Origin: a virus
Lineage: Duplodnaviria > Caudoviricetes
DNA length: 64,000 bases
IMG/VR virus record: IMGVR_UViG_3300032007_000014
Reading direction: 5' to 3' (one strand)
Shown here: one piece after another, positions 9,870 through 19,232 of the stretch
How positions within the stretch are numbered: the first letter of the stretch is position 1
Layout: every line of letters begins with the position of its first letter
Program-made: the position numbers and the translations under genes
Notes under the pieces: generated by a model
The model's input: the letters and a program-made list of their open reading frames with translations, nothing else
What the model was told of the DNA's origin: nothing
The model's database searches: none

Positions 9870-10982
9870 ATGGACAGTGAAGAAAAAGATATTGAACCGA
9901 AGATCAATGAAGAAACACACAATGATGAGTTTCTTCCACCGAGTGATGGTGACGAATATTACGGTGAACCAGTCACTCTGAAAGAGAAGATCATCGGTCT
10001 CTTGAAAAGTGCTCTCAATTATACAGCATTGGGTTCTCTGTTACCAGGAGCAACAAGAGAGTTCAACGAATTCGAATACAAACTCATTCGACATCTCTTC
10101 AAGTGCTTTTCGGATTACGAACAAAACATCTCATCATGGTTGTTCGAATATATCGATGTGAATGATGTCAAGTTCGTTTGGAATATGAATTTGCATACGT
10201 CTGGAATCATGGGATCATTCAACCCCCTGCATCCAAAGCAAATTCAAGTGAGTGACATTGCTCATTTCACAACAAGAATTCTACACAATAAGGGATTCGA
10301 AGAAGATGATCCAGATGGAATCATTGGTTATTCACCAATGGCAAACGAATTCAAACCAAGATGGAATGATGTGAACACTGCAGTGTGTGGAATCATGATC
10401 AATAACTTTGCAACAATTGTTCATGAAATGACTCACATGTTCCAGTTTGGCATTGCTTGCAAAGTGAAAGAAAATGCTTCATTCTGGGAGATCTTCCGAC
10501 TGAAAGTTGTGCTTCCTGTTGGATATGTCTTCAACAGATTGTACACAGCATTTGTTGACAATCCTCTTGTTGACGCGATTGTCATAAAAGTTCATGAATT
10601 TCTTCATCCGAACGAGTTGGAGTACAATACAGACGATGCACATCTTCCATTCTTCTACAAGTTCACACTCGAGTATGATGTCGATGAGACAATCGAAAAG
10701 AGTGTGAAATTGAAGGAGTTTGTTGAGAAACTCGATCGTGCACTTACCTCCGTGTGTTTCAAATACAGACAAGATCCAACGGATCCTGAGAACGCACATG
10801 TCCACATTGGCTGCACACCAGAAGAACTTGCGGAGATGAAAAAATCACACGAATTGACAGTCCAGATGGCTATGGAAGAAAACGGTCCCAAGATCTGGAA
10901 ATATGCTGAAGAATTGTATCAGATGCATGTTGAAGAACGTGATCGTATCCTTGCCAAACATGGATACAAAAAAGAAAAATAA
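9870..10982 (+). CDS. Putative zincin metallopeptidase-like protein
   Basis: TIVHEMTHMFQ (HExxH) with downstream Glu candidates. Confidence 0.6.
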   Translation: MDSEEKDIEPKINEETHNDEFLPPSDGDEYYGEPVTLKEKIIGLLKSALNYTALGSLLPGATREFNEFEYKLIRHLFKCFSDYEQNISSWLFEYIDVNDVKFVWNMNLHTSGIMGSFNPLHPKQIQVSDIAHFTTRILHNKGFEEDDPDGIIGYSPMANEFKPRWNDVNTAVCGIMINNFATIVHEMTHMFQFGIACKVKENASFWEIFRLKVVLPVGYVFNRLYTAFVDNPLVDAIVIKVHEFLHPNELEYNTDDAHLPFFYKFTLEYDVDETIEKSVKLKEFVEKLDRALTSVCFKYRQDPTDPENAHVHIGCTPEELAEMKKSHELTVQMAMEENGPKIWKYAEELYQMHVEERDRILAKHGYKKEK

Positions 10983-11035
10983 GTCATCTATCATCTCTGG
11001 TGCGGAGAACATCCGCACCAGAGTGATGATGATTT

Positions 11036-11272
11036 TCAATTCAGACCCATTTCTAAATATGAAGAACGAATCTCTTTCATTACTCTCAATCTCTCTTGGA
11101 GAATCGCGGTACGTTCCTCATCGAATAGGACGCTTACAAGAATCTCCGAAGAAAGTTTTTCGATTGTTGATTGTAACAATTCTTCGAGAACGTACCCGTC
11201 TCGTTCGAACGATTTGAGAATTGAGCGGATCCGACGAGAAAGATGTTTCTGTTTTGGGGCGGGTGTGGACAT
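11036..11272 (-). CDS. Small hypothetical early protein (78 aa)
   Basis: GGAGG RBS; TATATTAC at 11359-11366; hairpin terminator near 10990-11030. Confidence 0.7.
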   Translation of the reverse strand: MSTPAPKQKHLSRRIRSILKSFERDGYVLEELLQSTIEKLSSEILVSVLFDEERTAILQERLRVMKEIRSSYLEMGLN

Positions 11273-11358
11273 TGTGTACCTCCATTGTGTTATTTTTTAC
11301 GTGACTTGATCATCTAATACAAGAGATGATTGCCTACAAGTCACACGACTTCACGTGA

Positions 11359-11366
11359 GTAATATA
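11359..11366 (-). promoter_or_regulatory. Early promoter motif TATATTAC
   Basis: Exact motif followed by TCACGTGAA, as at other copies. Confidence 0.7.
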
Positions 11367-11410
11367 TAGACATTTTCTTATAAACTACACCCAACAACAA
11401 GGAGTTCAAC

Positions 11411-12811
11411 ATGGAACAAATCATCAAGAAGGAGTTCGAGTCGTATCCAGATCGCGACGCACTCCCGATCAAACTCGTCGATCGCACGGTCGGTGTTGTC
11501 GACATTCATGAACCCGATAAGAAGATCGAGAGATTCGCTCGCATCTGTTATCGGTCTGAAGACAAGATCAGTGAGAATTCTTCCGAAAAACTGATCAAGT
11601 TCTGCATCGCACATGATCACGGGAGCATTCTCGAACACTACTACATCTCTGTCTTCTTTCCGCGAGAAGGACATTACAAAGATGTCCTCGGTGATGATCG
11701 CATGACTCCTGGTTACATCTGGGATGCTTGTGATTCCACCGCGAAACGCAAGTTCACGGCTCTCTACTGGGATCGTTATCTCAAAGTGAACAAGGACATT
11801 CCTGACGGACAGCCTCTCATTTGGAGATGCACCAGTGGAACAGTCCGTGTCTGGAGAGACATTGTGAAATCCGGTATTGAAGCATCTATCAAACAGGACA
11901 TTCGTCCCGCAGTCGTGTTCCATCTGGCTCTGCTGAAAGAACTTTATAAGTTCGCCCCGATCTTCTTCCAGGATATCGTGGATTGGGTCGATGGAATCGT
12001 CTCGTTCAGTGCAACGCAGTCCAAGAGTATCAGTTATCTCACGGAAGGCGTAGATCCCTCTGAAATCAAATTCAAATCCATTCCGGATGAGAAGCTGAAT
12101 ATCGGCATCGTTGTCGGAGAATCCATCGGTGCGTACGTCTCATTCATCTGCACCACGGAACGTGCGACTTCGCATCAGTTGGTCCGTCATCGCGTCGAGT
12201 GCTCCTACTCTCAGGAATCCCAACGCTATGTCAACTACGCCAACAAGGGAATCAACGTTGTTGCTCCTCTCGCTGAACAGAAGTTCGCTGATGAAGCCAC
12301 TGCAACCCGTGCGGCGCGCACTTGGATCGATGCAATGATCGATGCAGGAAACGCGTATCTCGATCTCATCGAAGATGGTGTCAAGCCTGAATCCGCGAGA
12401 TCTGTCCTCCCGAATGCCTGTGCAACCACCATTGGTGTCACGATGACTTTCGGATCTCTCGAGCACTTCTTCAACAAACGTTTGGCATCCGATGCGCAAT
12501 TCGAGATTCGTGACATGGCTGCCAACATGTTGAAGATCCTCATCGATGGAGGTCATCCGATTCTGTACAATATCAATCCTTACAGCATCATTCGTTGGGC
12601 GAAGTGGATGGTTGAACAGAAACAGAAGTTCGGCATCGAATACTGGACTGGTGTGATCGAGAAATGGAAAGACATCATCGTTCAGACCAAGAAAGCACAC
12701 GAAGCAGAGGCAAAGCGTCAGGCGGAACTTGCAGCGAAAGCGCAGGAACTCGCTAACTCCAAGAAGGAAGAAGACGCCAAGCCTGCTGAAGAAGTCAAAG
12801 AAGAAAAGTAA
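11411..12811 (+). CDS. thyX: FAD-dependent thymidylate synthase ThyX, enlarged
   Basis: ARICY, HGSILEH, SHQLVRHRVECSYSQESQRY, PESARSVLPNA and AQFEIR motifs. Confidence 0.93.
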   Translation: MEQIIKKEFESYPDRDALPIKLVDRTVGVVDIHEPDKKIERFARICYRSEDKISENSSEKLIKFCIAHDHGSILEHYYISVFFPREGHYKDVLGDDRMTPGYIWDACDSTAKRKFTALYWDRYLKVNKDIPDGQPLIWRCTSGTVRVWRDIVKSGIEASIKQDIRPAVVFHLALLKELYKFAPIFFQDIVDWVDGIVSFSATQSKSISYLTEGVDPSEIKFKSIPDEKLNIGIVVGESIGAYVSFICTTERATSHQLVRHRVECSYSQESQRYVNYANKGINVVAPLAEQKFADEATATRAARTWIDAMIDAGNAYLDLIEDGVKPESARSVLPNACATTIGVTMTFGSLEHFFNKRLASDAQFEIRDMAANMLKILIDGGHPILYNINPYSIIRWAKWMVEQKQKFGIEYWTGVIEKWKDIIVQTKKAHEAEAKRQAELAAKAQELANSKKEEDAKPAEEVKEEK

Positions 12812-12906
12812 CCACCCTCATCCCTCATAGGTGATCGTACGGAGGATAGTCCTCCGTACGATCGCCATTTTATGCACATAACATTCAACCACAAGGAGAT
12901 TGTACT

Positions 12907-13392
12907 ATGGCAAAGAAACTTATCAACGTCACAGCGAAGATGGGTCGTCTCATTCCTGTTCAGAATCTGAACAAGAAATGGAATGAAGGGGAGACTTACA
13001 ACAGCGTCAAGATCGAGAATGATGATGGAAAGACGGAGCGTTGTCTCCTGCTCACCAAGAGCGAGATCAACAGATGCAAGTTTGTCACCACATCAGAACT
13101 CCCGAAATTCACCTTCTTCTCCGATGACAATGTTGAGACGAAGAAACCCAATGGTGAAAAGATGTTCGATCAGATGAAGTCTGGTCGTCTCTATGTCACC
13201 AAGATCGAGAGCAACAAACTCCGTGGATCGATCACTTCATACCTGCTCGCCCTCGACATCTATGAGAACAAGAAGTTCGAAAAGATCGTCATTCGTATTC
13301 CGATGTCCGTTATCAAACGTGCGACCGCACGTGCACAGCGGAATCCTGAAGATATCGCCACAGTTGGTTGGTTCCACGATCTGCTCGACTAA
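12907..13392 (+). CDS. Hypothetical basic protein
   Basis: AAGGAG RBS; late-type motif CCATTTTATG at 12865-12874. Confidence 0.75.
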   Translation: MAKKLINVTAKMGRLIPVQNLNKKWNEGETYNSVKIENDDGKTERCLLLTKSEINRCKFVTTSELPKFTFFSDDNVETKKPNGEKMFDQMKSGRLYVTKIESNKLRGSITSYLLALDIYENKKFEKIVIRIPMSVIKRATARAQRNPEDIATVGWFHDLLD

Positions 13393-13413
13393 CATACAAA
13401 GGAGAGTGACTCA

Positions 13414-14268
13414 ATGCTCACTTACAAATCATTGACACCGGATATTGAGAATCAAGTCCTTGTGTCAATTTCAGGAGGTGGCGTTGCGATGGTTGAGACA
13501 GCAACTGGTGTCTTGAAAGCCATCAATGAACGCTACGGAAAAATCATCACCAACATGTGTGGTGGTTCTGCTGGAGGACTTGTCTCATCCATTTACATGT
13601 CATGGGGTCAAGATCCACAGAGAATGATCGATCTCATCCACAACACCTCGATCGATGACTGGTTCAAACTTTGTCCGTTCCAAGCATTCAAATCTGTGTT
13701 TGGATTGTCCAACTATGTCATGGACAATACAGCACTGTATGAGTTCTTGAAGAAGGAACTCACGATTGCTGCATATGACAGAGTCCAGGTGTCTCTTACT
13801 GAAATGGTTGATGGTGGAAAGATCGGCAAGAGTTTTATGGCTCAAGCCACACCTGCAACCACAACCGGAACTATGTCCATCCAGCATGTGTTTCCACCCG
13901 TTGATCTTGGTGATGGACTGCTTGTTGGAGATGGTGGGGTGAAGAACCTCATTCCTATTCCAAGGATTGTGGACATTCCGAAATACAAGCATATCTTCTT
14001 TGTGCTTGCTCCTGAATCAGAGATGGGTTTTGCCAACTGTGGATGGAGATTCCTTCGCAATGTTGTGTCTCTTTTGAATGGAGCACTTGAACGTGAAATG
14101 TCTCAAGTTGCAGAAATGCACTTTGAAGATCTTCCGAATGTCACAGTGCTTCGTCCCGAGAGTTACGTACCATCTGCTGGATTGCTAAATTGGTCTGACA
14201 AATATGATCAGATCGACAAAGCATATGACTTTGCAATGAAACAACTGGAACACGAGAAGGACATCTAA
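13414..14268 (+). CDS. Patatin-like phospholipase
   Basis: SGGG oxyanion loop, GGSAG nucleophile elbow, DGG catalytic motif. Confidence 0.88.
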   Translation: MLTYKSLTPDIENQVLVSISGGGVAMVETATGVLKAINERYGKIITNMCGGSAGGLVSSIYMSWGQDPQRMIDLIHNTSIDDWFKLCPFQAFKSVFGLSNYVMDNTALYEFLKKELTIAAYDRVQVSLTEMVDGGKIGKSFMAQATPATTTGTMSIQHVFPPVDLGDGLLVGDGGVKNLIPIPRIVDIPKYKHIFFVLAPESEMGFANCGWRFLRNVVSLLNGALEREMSQVAEMHFEDLPNVTVLRPESYVPSAGLLNWSDKYDQIDKAYDFAMKQLEHEKDI

Positions 14269-14269
14269 C

Positions 14270-14485
14270 ATGAAGAAGATATTGGTTGTATTCGCTTGTG
14301 TTGGATGCATCTGTTTCACTGGTTGCAACACCAGCAAGGTTCACATTTCTGATGATGAACAATGGTACATCCAACAGATAGAGAAGGAAAAAAGAGATCC
14401 TTCCAAGACAATTCACAATTGTCCGTACTGCAGATGTCTCAAAAGAGATGCTGTCAGTATACCTGTACAGGAAATACAAAAATAA
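14270..14485 (+). CDS. Small putative lipoprotein
   Basis: MKKILVVFACVGCICFTG-C signal peptide and lipobox; coupled to the patatin gene. Confidence 0.65.
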   Translation: MKKILVVFACVGCICFTGCNTSKVHISDDEQWYIQQIEKEKRDPSKTIHNCPYCRCLKRDAVSIPVQEIQK

Positions 14486-14496
14486 AAGAATGTTGA

Positions 14497-14531
14497 CATC
14501 TGAACCCCAGGAAAATCCTGGGGTTCAGATG
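14497..14531. terminator. Terminator hairpin between convergent genes
   Basis: 16-bp perfect stem CATCTGAACCCCAGGA/TCCTGGGGTTCAGATG. Confidence 0.75.
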
Positions 14532-14573
14532 CCTTAATCAAGATTGTTTCGAATGCAGAACTTGTACGTTGAA

Positions 14574-15575
14574 TTACTTCAACGTGATGTTGCCGTCGGC
14601 ATCGACATTGAGACAATCGAACGCAGTCGTGTTCAACTGACGACGTTCTTTCTCCTCAAAGCGATTCTCTCTCTTGAACTTCTTCTTTCCGCCCTTGTAC
14701 TTGCTCGGATCGAACTTCTCACGGTTCTTGTTGTTGAACTGACGACGAGGAGCGTCCTTGTGCGGTGCATCGGGAACAAATTCCCCTGCGGATTCGTGAA
14801 GATCGACATTCGCCTTGCGGTCGAATTTCTTGTTCACAAACTTGCCGTTCTCATCACGGCATTCCTCACACTCCGGGTTGCGACAATCCCAGAATCCCTT
14901 GCTGTTCTGAACGAGTTCGCTCTTGCAGACTCTGCATTTGTGGACGCGCGGATGATTGGGATCATCCATGGGTTCCTCATGATAGAACGCCGCGAAAGTA
15001 TCGGCATTCGTCACGAGAAGTTCGATGACCGCCTCACAGAGGTAGTGCAGACGGTTGGCTTTGGAACCGGGACCGAAGTCCTTGCGTCCGGTCTTGGCTT
15101 CGTCGATAGGTTCACAACGATGTCCGAGCGCATACATGAGACGACCTTCCGTGGTTTTCGGAGTCGTGTACGCATCGATCAGACTTTCGACAGTGACCTT
15201 GTTGCCGTCATCATCGACGAGTTCTTCACCTTTGTCGAGGCGAGCGAGACTGTCGAGGAACGCAAGGCAGTTCCCGTTCAGTTTCATCACCTCTTCCTTG
15301 GTGAATTTGCGAAGCTTGAATTTGAACCCATATACAATACCGGTCATGGCATTGACCAGCCAGTCACCACCGTGACGACCGTCTTTGGGTCCGTAGCCGC
15401 GGTGCTGCTTCGCATACGCGACAATGTTGTTGGCGATCTCTTCCGTGTAACCGGCTTCGATCAGTTTGGTTTTCCGAGTCTCGTTCTTCTTCTGGATGAA
15501 CGCTTCACGTTCTTCCTTGGTGAACTGTTTCTTCGGGGCGGGAGTGGAGTTGGTGTTCGCAGCGTCGTTCTGCAT
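14574..15575 (-). CDS. Hypothetical protein with zinc ribbon and basic disordered tail
   Basis: CRVC...WDCRNPEC; K/R-rich C-terminus; AAGGA RBS. Confidence 0.75.
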   Translation of the reverse strand: MQNDAANTNSTPAPKKQFTKEEREAFIQKKNETRKTKLIEAGYTEEIANNIVAYAKQHRGYGPKDGRHGGDWLVNAMTGIVYGFKFKLRKFTKEEVMKLNGNCLAFLDSLARLDKGEELVDDDGNKVTVESLIDAYTTPKTTEGRLMYALGHRCEPIDEAKTGRKDFGPGSKANRLHYLCEAVIELLVTNADTFAAFYHEEPMDDPNHPRVHKCRVCKSELVQNSKGFWDCRNPECEECRDENGKFVNKKFDRKANVDLHESAGEFVPDAPHKDAPRRQFNNKNREKFDPSKYKGGKKKFKRENRFEEKERRQLNTTAFDCLNVDADGNITLK

Positions 15576-15587
15576 TCTGGCATTCCT

Positions 15588-16070
15588 TCATGGTTGTTTG
15601 GTGAAAAGATCTCTTCTATACCTACGGACCAAATCCATATGGTGTATGAGATCGGTTAAGATTCGCTCATGTAGTTCTGGAGTGTCACCATATTCGATCA
15701 GTTCGAATAACAGATCTGGTATGACAACATATCCGAGTTCCACATATTTCCTGTTGAGTATGTCGAATCTACCCATACTCAACATGGGTTGATAAACAGC
15801 AAGTTGTTGAAACAGCATCGTTGTGAAATACTGAACCATCTCCAATCTTGTTTTGAATACAATCTCAGGGATGTTATACTTCTCACGATACTTGACCAGA
15901 ACATCGGATTTGAATGTCTGGACCAACACTCTTGTTGCTATCTCGTCACACTTCTCACGATCAACTAGATCGTCGAGCATAGTAATGGTATCTCTTAACC
16001 TTTCATTACGAATGACAACGCATTGCTTAGATGTCAAGCGATACCATATGTTCTTTATCCACTTGAACAT
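15588..16070 (-). CDS. Hypothetical protein
   Basis: AGGAGG RBS; in the PhuZ operon. Confidence 0.7.
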   Translation of the reverse strand: MFKWIKNIWYRLTSKQCVVIRNERLRDTITMLDDLVDREKCDEIATRVLVQTFKSDVLVKYREKYNIPEIVFKTRLEMVQYFTTMLFQQLAVYQPMLSMGRFDILNRKYVELGYVVIPDLLFELIEYGDTPELHERILTDLIHHMDLVRRYRRDLFTKQP

Positions 16071-16094
16071 AGACCCTCCTGGGTCTTAGGGTGA

Positions 16095-17171
16095 TCAAGC
16101 GATAACGCCGGTTGACGAAGTCTCGCCTTCCTTGGCTTGGAGCTGCTCTGCAGCATCGGATTTTGCTTTGAAACTCGCAGCGCGTTCGTACCGAGCTTCC
16201 TTGTCATTCAGCATCTCGATGATATCCTGACTGATCGGGATACCGACATTGACGGTGAACGGAAGGTTGAAGTACTTGGTAAGTGATTCTGTGTCCTCGA
16301 CGATGCCGAGGTACATGACACCAGTGATGATGTCAGGTGCGATGCCATCCTCGGAAACAGTAAAGGTTGCGTGAACCGGAGTTCCATTGTCAAGACGAAC
16401 AGAATCTTCACCAGGGAGACCGTAGCATTCGCCAGTCGAGGAATCAATGGCGTTGATCGACATATTGTACAGACCGTACTTCACAGCAGGCACGATGCCG
16501 ACAGGAGAAAGAAAATTCATCTTGTCGGTGAAATCCACTTCTTCTATCCAGGCGCAGGTGAAAAGACCTTCGAGCTGATGCAGACGATCGATGATGGAAA
16601 GGTTGACTTTCACACGACCGACTTCCACATTGTTGAAGATCATGGACGGGATATAGATCTTCTCATCCTTGGCGAATGCCTCGAGAGTGCGGATGGTGTT
16701 GATGCTGTTGAAACAATCCGTCTCGGAGCACGCATCCACGATGCCGATGGCGATGATCCGTTTCTTGCGCTTGCCAGCTTCGCGGATCAAGAGAGGTGCG
16801 ATGACGGATCCGGAACCGCCGCTCATGGAGAAGATGAAAATGTTGACATCACCGAAGTCATCGTACACTCCGGATTTGTCGAGTTTCCACTGGATGTCCT
16901 TGAGCAATGACGCGCGGTTTTTACCGGCACCCGCTTCCGCGATCACGTGGGTCTTGACCGGGATGTAGGCTTCGGATTCGTCACCTTCGCGACGATCATG
17001 GAATCCGGCTTTGTCGATGTTGGACGTGGAGGTATCGATCACAACGTGACTGATACCGTTGTCACCGCAGATGTCCAATTTGTGAGTGCCGTAATTCTCA
17101 CGATACTTGCGGAGAATGTTGCAAGCGGCACCTCCTGCGGCGATGATTGAGAGATTGATGTTTCGTTCCAT
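16095..17171 (-). CDS. phuZ: Phage tubulin PhuZ
   Basis: AAGGAACNI, IDTSTSN, GAGKNR, tubulin signature SMSGGSGS, T7-like EVDFTD; jumbo-phage context. Confidence 0.92.
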   Translation of the reverse strand: MERNINLSIIAAGGAACNILRKYRENYGTHKLDICGDNGISHVVIDTSTSNIDKAGFHDRREGDESEAYIPVKTHVIAEAGAGKNRASLLKDIQWKLDKSGVYDDFGDVNIFIFSMSGGSGSVIAPLLIREAGKRKKRIIAIGIVDACSETDCFNSINTIRTLEAFAKDEKIYIPSMIFNNVEVGRVKVNLSIIDRLHQLEGLFTCAWIEEVDFTDKMNFLSPVGIVPAVKYGLYNMSINAIDSSTGECYGLPGEDSVRLDNGTPVHATFTVSEDGIAPDIITGVMYLGIVEDTESLTKYFNLPFTVNVGIPISQDIIEMLNDKEARYERAASFKAKSDAAEQLQAKEGETSSTGVIA

Positions 17172-17196
17172 TTGAGAACTCCTTCCTGTTGATTGG

Positions 17197-17433
17197 TTAA
17201 GCGAACATATTGTTCTTTGTGAGTTTTTCTTTCAAAGATTTGTTTTCTTCCATGGATGGCTGAACGTCTGGCATGCACTTAGCACAGATAGGTGGAAGAT
17301 CCTTCGACATTCCAGCGTCACATTCGAAGCAAATGGGTTGACCGCAGACAGAACAAGTTGCGAATGGTGTAACCAGTCCACGGATGGGAGGTGGTAAATT
17401 TCTCCCACAAGATGCACATTTTGTCATATTCAC
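17197..17433 (-). CDS. Small multi-CxxC zinc-finger protein
   Basis: CASC, CSVC, CFEC and CAKC; first gene after TATATTAC at 17481-17488. Confidence 0.75.
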   Translation of the reverse strand: MNMTKCASCGRNLPPPIRGLVTPFATCSVCGQPICFECDAGMSKDLPPICAKCMPDVQPSMEENKSLKEKLTKNNMFA

Positions 17434-17480
17434 TTTAACTCCTTTTGTTAAAATTGCTTCGCGAATATCCTTACTCTAAT

Positions 17481-17488
17481 GTAATATA
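17481..17488 (-). promoter_or_regulatory. Early promoter motif TATATTAC for the Zn-finger-phuZ operon
   Basis: Exact motif 48 nt upstream of the first start codon. Confidence 0.72.
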
Positions 17489-17586
17489 TTCTCATACAAC
17501 CCATGAACATTGTGCATGTAATGATGCTAAAAAATAAAGAGATACAGTAGGGTCCGTACAAGACCCTACTGTATACAAAGTTGTGA

Positions 17587-18087
17587 TTAAGGAGACATTT
17601 CTACATTGACAAGTTTTCCTTTGTAGAAACGAGCATCAAATCCTCTTCCAGAATCATTGTAGTTCATGAACCAAATGACAGTATCGTAAGTGTACAACTT
17701 CCCTTCATTATTATACGTAGCTCTTGCTAGAGTCTCGTCCTGTGAGATCCAGATCTGTCTCAGATCGAAGTCTTTTGTCGCATCAATGGGATCGGTATGA
17801 TCAAGTGGTGCGTTTTTCGGACCGCCTTCCATCTCAACAAATTTCTGACACCACTCGTTGCACATACGAATAATGTCATTGTAGTATTTGTCAAGTTCAA
17901 AAACGAAATTGATGATATCTGCTCCAAGTCTCGTCGGATCGAGTTTCTTCTTTTTGCTTACGTATATGCTTACCAGTGGATTGTATCGTCTGTTGTTGAT
18001 CATCATCGCAACATGGAACCGCAATTCAGTTGACTTAGAATCAGTGTCGATAAGAGATTCAACACTTGGTTGTACTTTGAATTTCAT
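17587..18087 (-). CDS. Putative head-packaged protein with short MKFK...SVE leader
   Basis: MKFKVQPSVE-S N-terminus shared with the head-protein paralogues; GGAG RBS. Confidence 0.65.
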   Translation of the reverse strand: MKFKVQPSVESLIDTDSKSTELRFHVAMMINNRRYNPLVSIYVSKKKKLDPTRLGADIINFVFELDKYYNDIIRMCNEWCQKFVEMEGGPKNAPLDHTDPIDATKDFDLRQIWISQDETLARATYNNEGKLYTYDTVIWFMNYNDSGRGFDARFYKGKLVNVEMSP

Positions 18088-18116
18088 TTAAATCTCCATA
18101 CCCCCCAAATGTTAAA

Positions 18117-18157
18117 AGAACCTTATCGGGGGGGGGGGTGAACCCTCCACCGATAAG
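18117..18157 (-). repeat. Poly-C hairpin element, copy 1 (second copy at 48007-48045)
   Basis: CTTATCGGTGGAGGGTTCA-C11-GATAAGGTTCT on the minus strand. Confidence 0.85.
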
Positions 18158-18166
18158 TTTATTGGT

Positions 18167-18700
18167 TCATGCTCTTTCGAAATATTCGCGTCCATGCAAA
18201 CATGCTGGACACTGTTCCGGTGCTTCAAGCATAGGTGTCGTCACATATCCACAGTTACGACATCTCCACTTGATCTCATCGTTCTCAATGAAGAACTCAC
18301 CGGATTTGATGAGCCCGAAGAACTTGAGAAATCTTCCCATATGGACGTTCTCAACTTCCCCGATCTCTTTGAATCTCTCTGCGAGTTCACCGTATCCTTC
18401 TTCTTTGGCAACATCGGATGCGCCAGGATAGAAGGATCGTGTTTCATCTCGTTCACCTGTCATTGCAGCGATGAGGTTCTCTTCTGTGTTCTTGCCACCA
18501 AGACCAAGTCTATCGAACCAGAGTTTACCATGCTCGAATTCTTGCATAGCAATCTCTCGGAATGCTGCGGCTATCTGACGATAGCCATCTTTCTCGGCTT
18601 GTTTGGCGAAGACCATATACTTAAACACAGCCATAGCCTCACGGATGAGAGCATCCTCAAGAAGGATCTTGCTGCGTTTACCTTGTTCAACAACATCCAT
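18167..18700 (-). CDS. rbr: Rubrerythrin
   Basis: Di-iron motifs EFEH and ENVH, plus C-terminal rubredoxin-like CRNCGY...CPAC. Confidence 0.93.
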   Translation of the reverse strand: MDVVEQGKRSKILLEDALIREAMAVFKYMVFAKQAEKDGYRQIAAAFREIAMQEFEHGKLWFDRLGLGGKNTEENLIAAMTGERDETRSFYPGASDVAKEEGYGELAERFKEIGEVENVHMGRFLKFFGLIKSGEFFIENDEIKWRCRNCGYVTTPMLEAPEQCPACLHGREYFERA

Positions 18701-18709
18701 GATTTGTCT

Positions 18710-19150
18710 TCACTCCGATTTGTCTTTGATCAATTCATCAAGTATATCTTCCGTAACTTCGTAAGCCATGATAGATTCTTTTCTGTCATAGAGAGCTTTC
18801 ACAACTCTATGGAACCCATCAAGAATACGACGATTCTTCCAAACAATGATTGGGAATCTTGTGTCTGCATTATAAATGCGATCAAGATGTTCTGCAAGCA
18901 TAATGGGGTTCAGAGGAATCTTGTCCTTGACTGTAACACCATCTGCTTCAAAGATGCACTTTCCCCACATGGAACCGATTTCACATTTACGGACCAGATT
19001 GCAATCCAAACGGAATTCAACAGGTTCGATATGATGTCGATTCACAAGAGCAATGAGATCTGGAACAGGATATCTCTTACCCTTATATCCAAATTGGAAC
19101 TTTCGATCGATTGCTCCATTTGGAATTGATTTATCTGTTGTAAACAACAT
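18710..19150 (-). CDS. ParB/Sulfiredoxin-like domain protein
   Basis: PIIVW...ILDGFHRVVKA motif; start re-called to ATG 19150 (AAGGA RBS). Confidence 0.7.
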   Translation of the reverse strand: MLFTTDKSIPNGAIDRKFQFGYKGKRYPVPDLIALVNRHHIEPVEFRLDCNLVRKCEIGSMWGKCIFEADGVTVKDKIPLNPIMLAEHLDRIYNADTRFPIIVWKNRRILDGFHRVVKALYDRKESIMAYEVTEDILDELIKDKSE

Positions 19151-19232
19151 GGTTGAATTTCCTTGTTTTATCTTTAGACATAAGATGGATTGCGAAAAAA
19201 AAGAGAACCCATTGCTGGGTTCTCTTTCGTTC

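Noticed and set aside
11640-12140. Intein in ThyX
   Set aside because: The insert lacks a C/S start, an HN-C/S/T end and LAGLIDADG motifs.
14544-15659. 371-aa plus-strand ORF
   Set aside because: Antisense shadow of 14574-15575(-), which has an RBS and operon context.
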